Part shown: piece by piece, positions 8,770 to 13,397 of the stretch | Layout of the letters: each line of letters begins with the position of its first letter | Numbering within the stretch: position 1 is the stretch's first letter | Source: Campylobacterota bacterium | Lineage (GTDB): Bacteria > Campylobacterota > Campylobacteria > Campylobacterales > Arcobacteraceae | DNA: 13,397 bases | Direction: 5' to 3' | Assembly (NCBI GenBank): GCA_051746405.1 | Contig: JBNJFB010000058.1 | Location: forward strand, 1 to 13,397 | The notes under the pieces: generated by a model | The model's input: the letters and a program-made list of their open reading frames with translations, nothing else | The model's database searches: none | Told to the model about the DNA's origin: nothing | Program-made: the position numbers and the translations under genes

Positions 8770-9425
8770 ATAAAAAAGTTCTTGTAGTTGCGGTACACCC
8801 AGATGATGAAACGTTAGGGTGTGGAGGAACACTTCTTAAACACAAAGATAACGGTGATGAAATCAACTGGCTAATTTGTACAAAATTAAATAGTAATATT
8901 AAAAGCTTTTTAACAAGGGAAAAAGAGATAGAGACTGTTTCTAATCTATATAACTTTGATAGTGTTCACAAACTTGAGCTTGAAACTACTAAAGTTGATG
9001 AATACTCTATGAGTGAATTAATCTCTAAAATTTCTTTAGCGATAAATAAAGTTCAGCCTAATATTATTTACCTACCTTTCAAAACTGATGTTCATAGCGA
9101 TCATAGAAAAATATTTGAAGCAGCATATAGTTGTACAAAATCTTTTAGGTATCCATTTATAGAAAAAATATATATGATGGAGACATTAAGTGAAACAGAA
9201 TTTGCAGTAAGTTCAAAAGAGGATAGTTTTATTCCTAATGTTTTTGTTGATATAAGTGATTATTTTGATAAAAAAGTGAAAATATTAAATGTTTATAAAA
9301 GTGAACTAGGAGAGCATCCTTTTCCAAGAAGTATAAAGAATATTGAAGCTTTATCAATATTAAGAGGTGCAACATCAAACTGTCAGTATGCTGAGTCATT
9401 TCAACTAATAAAAGAGATCAAATAA
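8766..9425 (+). CDS. PIG-L/LmbE-family Zn-dependent N-deacetylase
   Basis: AVHPDDETLGCGG and DVHSDH metal-binding motifs, PNVFVDIS, YAESF. ATGA overlap with formyltransferase 2. Confidence 0.92.
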   Translation: MNKKVLVVAVHPDDETLGCGGTLLKHKDNGDEINWLICTKLNSNIKSFLTREKEIETVSNLYNFDSVHKLELETTKVDEYSMSELISKISLAINKVQPNIIYLPFKTDVHSDHRKIFEAAYSCTKSFRYPFIEKIYMMETLSETEFAVSSKEDSFIPNVFVDISDYFDKKVKILNVYKSELGEHPFPRSIKNIEALSILRGATSNCQYAESFQLIKEIK

Positions 9426-9482
9426 CATTTCTTAATATTAGATTAATATTAAGAGTGTTATCATTGTTTAGATGTTAAGGAG
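9422..9482 (+). promoter_or_regulatory. Intergenic palindrome with candidate internal extended -10 and RBS
   Basis: TCTTAATATTA(9430-9440)-GAT-TAATATTAAGA(9444-9454), with outer arms ATAACA(9422-9427)/TGTTAT(9456-9461). TGtTATCAT at 9456-9464 and AAGGAG at 9477-9482. Confidence 0.5.
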
Positions 9483-9487
9483 TAACT

Positions 9488-10543
9488 ATGAACTATTCTA
9501 AAAACTTAGTAATCAAAGAAAATTTTACAATTAAAGAAGCTTTAGAGATAATAGACAAAGGAACAAAGAGAATAGCCATTGTTATAGATGAATCAAATAA
9601 ACTTTTAGGAACCCTAAACGATGGAGATATTAGAAGAGCATTATTAAATGAATACTCTTTGGAAAGTTCTATTATAGATATTTATCAAAAAAAACCATCT
9701 GTTTGCAAAGTTAATGATCCAAAAAATAAGATAATAGAGACTGCTTTAAGAAATAAGGTTTATCAAATCCCAATAGTTGATCATGAAGATAGGTTAGTTT
9801 ATGTTGAAGATTTAGCAACATTGCTTTCTAGTAAAGATAAAAAAAATAAAGTAATACTAATGGCAGGGGGACTTGGCACAAGACTTCAACCCCTAACAAA
9901 TGATATGCCTAAACCTTTACTAAAAGTTGGAACAAAACCTATATTAGAAACTATAATTGAAAACTTTAGTAATTATGGATTTAAAGATATTATTATTAGT
10001 GTAAACTATAAAGCAGATATGATTAAGAACTATTTTAAAGATGGCTCTAGTTTTGGAGTGAATATTACATATATAGAAGAGAGCAAAAGATTAGGCACAG
10101 CAGGCGCACTTAGTTTGATAAAAGAAGAGATTAATGAACCATTTTTTGTAATGAATGCTGACTTACTTACAAATGTAAACTTCGAACAGTTTTTAGATTT
10201 TCATATACAAGGTAACTCAACAGCAACAATGTGTGTAAGAGAGTATGATTTTCAAGTTCCTTATGGAGTAATAAAAACTAATAATGATAAGATTGAATCA
10301 ATTAGTGAAAAGCCTATTCATAAATTTTTTGTAAATGCAGGGATTTATCTTTTATCTCCAGAGGTTTTAAAATTTATTCCAAATAATAGTTTTTATGATA
10401 TGCCTACTCTTTTTGAAAATCTTATCAAAAAAGACTATAACGTCTTATCATTCCCTATTCATGAATACTGGTTGGATATTGGAAGAGTGGTAGATTATGA
10501 AAGAGCAAATAATGAGTATGCTCATATTTTTAAGGAAAAGTAA
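9488..10543 (+). CDS. ptmE: CBS-pair plus nucleotidyltransferase (PtmE/LegX-type sugar-1-phosphate guanylyltransferase)
   Basis: N-terminal CBS pair (KLLGTLNDGDIRRALL, QIPIVD), then LMAGGLGTRLQPLT-PKPLL, LGTAGAL, VMNADLLT, VNAGIY, YWLDIG. This architecture is typical of Leg clusters. Confidence 0.88.
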   Translation: MNYSKNLVIKENFTIKEALEIIDKGTKRIAIVIDESNKLLGTLNDGDIRRALLNEYSLESSIIDIYQKKPSVCKVNDPKNKIIETALRNKVYQIPIVDHEDRLVYVEDLATLLSSKDKKNKVILMAGGLGTRLQPLTNDMPKPLLKVGTKPILETIIENFSNYGFKDIIISVNYKADMIKNYFKDGSSFGVNITYIEESKRLGTAGALSLIKEEINEPFFVMNADLLTNVNFEQFLDFHIQGNSTATMCVREYDFQVPYGVIKTNNDKIESISEKPIHKFFVNAGIYLLSPEVLKFIPNNSFYDMPTLFENLIKKDYNVLSFPIHEYWLDIGRVVDYERANNEYAHIFKEK

Positions 10544-11406
10544 TGAATAATTTACCAACAAAAGTTAATTTTGATATATGTACCTTTTGTAACCATAAAT
10601 GTAATTTTTGTTCAAATGGTGATAAAAGAACTTTAAAAAATCAGGTTAGCTTAAGTGATTTTAATAAAGTAATGACAAATATTACAAAACATTTAGAAAT
10701 AGAAGAACTAGGATTGTCAGCTAAGGGTGAAGTTCTTATAAATAAAGATTTATCAAAAATTATTGAATTATGTAAAAATACTTATAAGATCCCTTATGTT
10801 TACATAAGCTCAAATGGTTCACTCCTTACAAAAGAGAATACTTATGACTTACTAGAAGCTGGACTTGATAGTATAAAATTATCAATAAATGGGATTTCAA
10901 ATAGTGAATATAGAACTACTCATCAAAAAGATGATTTTGAAAAAGTAATTAACAATCTCAAATATCTATTACAATTGAAGAAAGATAAATTTCCAAAATT
11001 AAAAGTTTTGATTTCTTCAATTATTGATAAACAAAAAAAGGAAATAGATACAGCTTTTAAAGATTTACTTGAAGAAAATTATGAGTTAATTGATAATACT
11101 TTCAAATATAATATCACTTATACTCCTAAATTTGAAAACTTTTCTGTTGATAACTCAAAACTAAAACCTTGTCCTCTAGCATTAGAAGAGGTTTATATTG
11201 ATTCTGATTGTAGATTAGGACTATGTTGTAAAGATTACTTTAAAGAGTTTGATTATGGTTCTTTGCTGAATTATGATTTTTTAGAACTTTATAATTCAAA
11301 GCCTATGAAAAACTTAAGAAAAATGCATTTAAACAAAAGTTTTCCAGATAATCACTTTTGTAGAAAATGTCTAATATTTAATGAAGAGGTTAATGATGAC
11401 AAATAA
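10543..11406 (+). CDS. Radical SAM protein 1 with SPASM/twitch auxiliary-cluster domain
   Basis: C16-NHK-C20-NF-C23 (CxxxCxxC), GGE-like AKGEV, SSNGSLL, LLEAGLDSIKLSING. C-terminal C210-x17-C228C229...C273-RK-C276. Confidence 0.92.
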   Translation: MNNLPTKVNFDICTFCNHKCNFCSNGDKRTLKNQVSLSDFNKVMTNITKHLEIEELGLSAKGEVLINKDLSKIIELCKNTYKIPYVYISSNGSLLTKENTYDLLEAGLDSIKLSINGISNSEYRTTHQKDDFEKVINNLKYLLQLKKDKFPKLKVLISSIIDKQKKEIDTAFKDLLEENYELIDNTFKYNITYTPKFENFSVDNSKLKPCPLALEEVYIDSDCRLGLCCKDYFKEFDYGSLLNYDFLELYNSKPMKNLRKMHLNKSFPDNHFCRKCLIFNEEVNDDK

Positions 11407-12103
11407 TAAAACATTTTTAGCTGTTATTCCAGCAAGAGCCGGCAGCAAAAGGTTACCAAATAAAAATATTAAAGATTTAAATGGCAAACCTTTAATCTCA
11501 TATACAATTGAAGCAGCAAAAAACTCTAAATATATATCTGAGGTTATTGTATCAACTGACTCAAATGAAATAAAGGATATCGCAATAAAAAGTGGAGCAA
11601 AAGCACCATTTTTAAGGCCTGAAGAACTAGCTAAAGATGATAGTAAATCAATTGATGTTATCACACATGCTTTAAGCTTCTATAAGAATAATCTTAATAA
11701 AGAGTTTGATTATGTATTACTTCTTCAACCTACTTCCCCACTAAGAACTCAAGAAGATATTAATAATTCAATAGAGTATCTTTTTAAAAAGAGTGCTGAT
11801 GCAGTAATTAGTGTATGTGAAATGGAACATAATCCAATATGGTCAAATACTTTAGATGAACAAAAGAGTATGAAAAACTTTTTAGATAAAAAATTTATAA
11901 ATAAAAGAACACAGGATTTAGAAAAGTTTTATAGAATAAATGGTGCAATCTATATCTGTAAAACAGACCAACTGATAAAAGAAAATAGATTCTTTATTGA
12001 TGAAAATATATATGCATATGAGATGTCACAAGAAAATTCAGTAGATATAGACACAAAATTAGATTTTAAACTAGCAGAAACTTTATTAAAGGAAGAAAAA
12101 TGA
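11396..12103 (+). CDS. neuA: CMP-nonulosonate synthetase (acylneuraminate cytidylyltransferase, LegF/PtmB/NeuA family)
   Basis: AVIPARAGSKRLPNKN, VSTDS, PFLRPEELA, LLQPTSPLR, NGAIY, SVDIDT. Start moved from 11381 to ATG11396 because GAGGT at 11386-11390 is a well-spaced RBS. Confidence 0.95.
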   Translation: MTNNKTFLAVIPARAGSKRLPNKNIKDLNGKPLISYTIEAAKNSKYISEVIVSTDSNEIKDIAIKSGAKAPFLRPEELAKDDSKSIDVITHALSFYKNNLNKEFDYVLLLQPTSPLRTQEDINNSIEYLFKKSADAVISVCEMEHNPIWSNTLDEQKSMKNFLDKKFINKRTQDLEKFYRINGAIYICKTDQLIKENRFFIDENIYAYEMSQENSVDIDTKLDFKLAETLLKEEK

Positions 12104-13119
12104 ATGAACATGTAGAGAAAAAAGAGGAAGAAGTTAATTTTAATGCCAATGAAATAATATACTCAAAGAACTGGGAAAAATATAGATATGAAGAGTATTT
12201 CAAATATAGAAAAGCTTGGTCAGAATATCCTAAAAAAAGATATGTTTCAGACTTTCCATTACATTTAGATATTGAGACTACTGACCTTTGTAATTTAAAA
12301 TGTCCTATGTGTTCAAGAACTATTATGGACGAACACGAAAATCCAAATAAAAAGAAATATATTACAAAAGAAGAGTATATCAATATAATTGATCAAGCGG
12401 TTGAACATGGTGTTAAAAGTATTAAATTACAATATTTAGGAGAACCTTTACTACATAAAGATGTAGTTTTTCAAGTTGAGTATGCTAAGAAAAAAGGTAT
12501 AATTGATGTAATGTTTAATACAAATGCAGTTTTACTTACAAAAGATATGAGTAGAAAACTCCTTGAAGCAGGTCTTGATAAATTATTTATTTCATTTGAT
12601 GCAGTAAATCCAAAACTATACCAACAACAAAGAGTTGGCACAACAATGGGTAAAGTAATTGATAACATATACAATTTTATTCAATTAAGAGATGAACTTT
12701 CACCTAAAACATTTATTAGATTATCAATGGTTATGTATGATGATCCAATTTGGAAACAACAATTTGATGCCATGAAAGTAATGTGGGATGGATTAGTTGA
12801 TGCCCTTGGTTATGGGATTTTCAATGAAAGAGATAAGCACAAAAGAGTAGAGTTTGAAAAAGTAGATGGTTTTGTTTGTGAACAACTTTTTCAAAGAATG
12901 TTTTTAAAATGTAATGGAAATGTTACAATATGCTGTACAGATGAATATGATTCATTTGATATTGGAAATTGGAGAGAAGAGAAGCTTTATGACTTATGGA
13001 ATAGTGAAAAATATAAACAAATCAGAGAGAACCATATAAATAACAATTATGATAAATATGAAACTTGTAAAAAATGTTTTATGCCTGATGTATATAAGAA
13101 AAATTTTATAGATGAATAG
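12100..13119 (+). CDS. Radical SAM protein 2 with SPASM/twitch domain and N-terminal aromatic-rich extension
   Basis: FPLHLDIETTDL-C64-NLK-C68-PM-C71, YLGEPLLH, NTNAVLL, LLEAGLDKLFISFDA. C-terminal C260-x17-C278C279...C323-KK-C326. ATGA overlap with neuA. Confidence 0.93.
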   Translation: MNEHVEKKEEEVNFNANEIIYSKNWEKYRYEEYFKYRKAWSEYPKKRYVSDFPLHLDIETTDLCNLKCPMCSRTIMDEHENPNKKKYITKEEYINIIDQAVEHGVKSIKLQYLGEPLLHKDVVFQVEYAKKKGIIDVMFNTNAVLLTKDMSRKLLEAGLDKLFISFDAVNPKLYQQQRVGTTMGKVIDNIYNFIQLRDELSPKTFIRLSMVMYDDPIWKQQFDAMKVMWDGLVDALGYGIFNERDKHKRVEFEKVDGFVCEQLFQRMFLKCNGNVTICCTDEYDSFDIGNWREEKLYDLWNSEKYKQIRENHINNNYDKYETCKKCFMPDVYKKNFIDE

Positions 13120-13131
13120 AGTTTAGAGAAT

Positions 13132-13160
13132 GCAAAAAAAATATAATTTATTTTTTTTGC
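13132..13160. repeat. Perfect 12-bp inverted repeat (A8/T8 arms) after the operon
   Basis: GCAAAAAAAATA(13132-13143)-TAATT-TATTTTTTTTGC(13149-13160). It may end the operon or act as an operator or bent-DNA element. Confidence 0.65.
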
Positions 13161-13166
13161 TATAAT
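13158..13166 (+). promoter_or_regulatory. Extended -10 sigma70 promoter (TGcTATAAT)
   Basis: Perfect TGnTATAAT preceded by A/T tracts, as in Campylobacterota promoters. A second TATAAT lies at 13229-13234. Confidence 0.6.
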
Positions 13167-13277
13167 TCTATTTAATCTCATACTTTTAATGATATATAAA
13201 ATACATAAACCTTTAAAACTTAATACTGTATAATACCAAATTATTAATTACAAACCAAAAAAGAAGTAGGTGAAAGA

Positions 13278-13397
13278 ATGGCTGAAGACAAAATCCCAAA
13301 AAATATATTAAAAATACAAAGAAAGCTTGCTACTTTTGAAAAAGGCTCTAGAAACTATGAAAAGTATACAAAAATTTTGACTAAGCATATTAAGAAG
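13278..13397 (+). CDS. Basic hypothetical protein, 3'-truncated by the window edge
   Basis: AGGTGA RBS at 13268-13273, then ATG13278 and 40 open codons: MAEDKIPKNILKIQRKLATFEKGSRNYEKYTKILTKHIKK. Not in the ORF track. Confidence 0.7.
   Translation, partial: MAEDKIPKNILKIQRKLATFEKGSRNYEKYTKILTKHIKK

Noticed and set aside
9450..9468. Fur box upstream of ptmE (minus strand AACAATGATAACACTCTTA)
   Set aside because: It matches GATAATGATAATCATTATC at only about 11 of 19 positions, essentially one half-site, which is not significant at this AT content.
11381..11395. ORF-track start of neuA at 11381
   Set aside because: This segment contains the likely RBS (GAGGT). ATG11396 fits the RBS spacing and the family's N-terminus better.
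5732..12103. Sialic acid (Neu5Ac) or pseudaminic acid pathway interpretation of neuB/neuC/neuA
   Set aside because: LegB, LegC, a CBS-nucleotidyltransferase and a hydrolysing 2-epimerase point to the Leg route. There are no PseB/PseG/PseH-type genes.
1911..12674. Eight minus-strand ORFs of 60-105 aa (1911, 3232, 5902, 7170, 8193, 11371, 12066, 12471)
   Set aside because: All lie antisense to well-supported genes, have the composition typical of shadow ORFs, and show no motifs.
10543..13397. RiPP (ranthipeptide/sactipeptide) system with the small downstream ORF as precursor
   Set aside because: The rSAMs have a single-cluster twitch pattern and no evident RRE, and are coupled to sugar genes. 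There is no peptidase or transporter, and the ORF has its own promoter and no Cys in the visible 40 aa.

Overview
AT-rich Campylobacterota window, most likely Arcobacteraceae (inferred from the flagellin sequence and gene content). It holds the 3' part of a short flagellin gene followed by a tightly coupled, all plus-strand flagellin O-glycosylation cluster: maf - legB - legC - formyltransferase 1 - legI/neuB - legG/neuC - formyltransferase 2 - PIG-L deacetylase - ptmE - radical SAM 1 - legF/neuA - radical SAM 2. A small ORF with its own promoter runs off the right edge. The core is a GDP-linked legionaminic acid (Leg) pathway, but the tailoring set is unusual. There is no LegH/NeuD acetyltransferase, and a formyltransferase sits right after legC. 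A second, Asn-less formyltransferase is paired with a de-N-acetylase. Two radical SAM/twitch enzymes flank the CMP-synthetase in the slots held by the NAD-dependent PtmF/PtmA (Campylobacter) or ElaA/ElaC (Acinetobacter 8-epi-Leg). The best candidate for an undescribed system is an N-formylated (possibly 5,7-di-N-formyl) nonulosonate, tailored by radical chemistry and transferred to flagellin by Maf. Family calls rest on motifs read by eye; no database searches were run.
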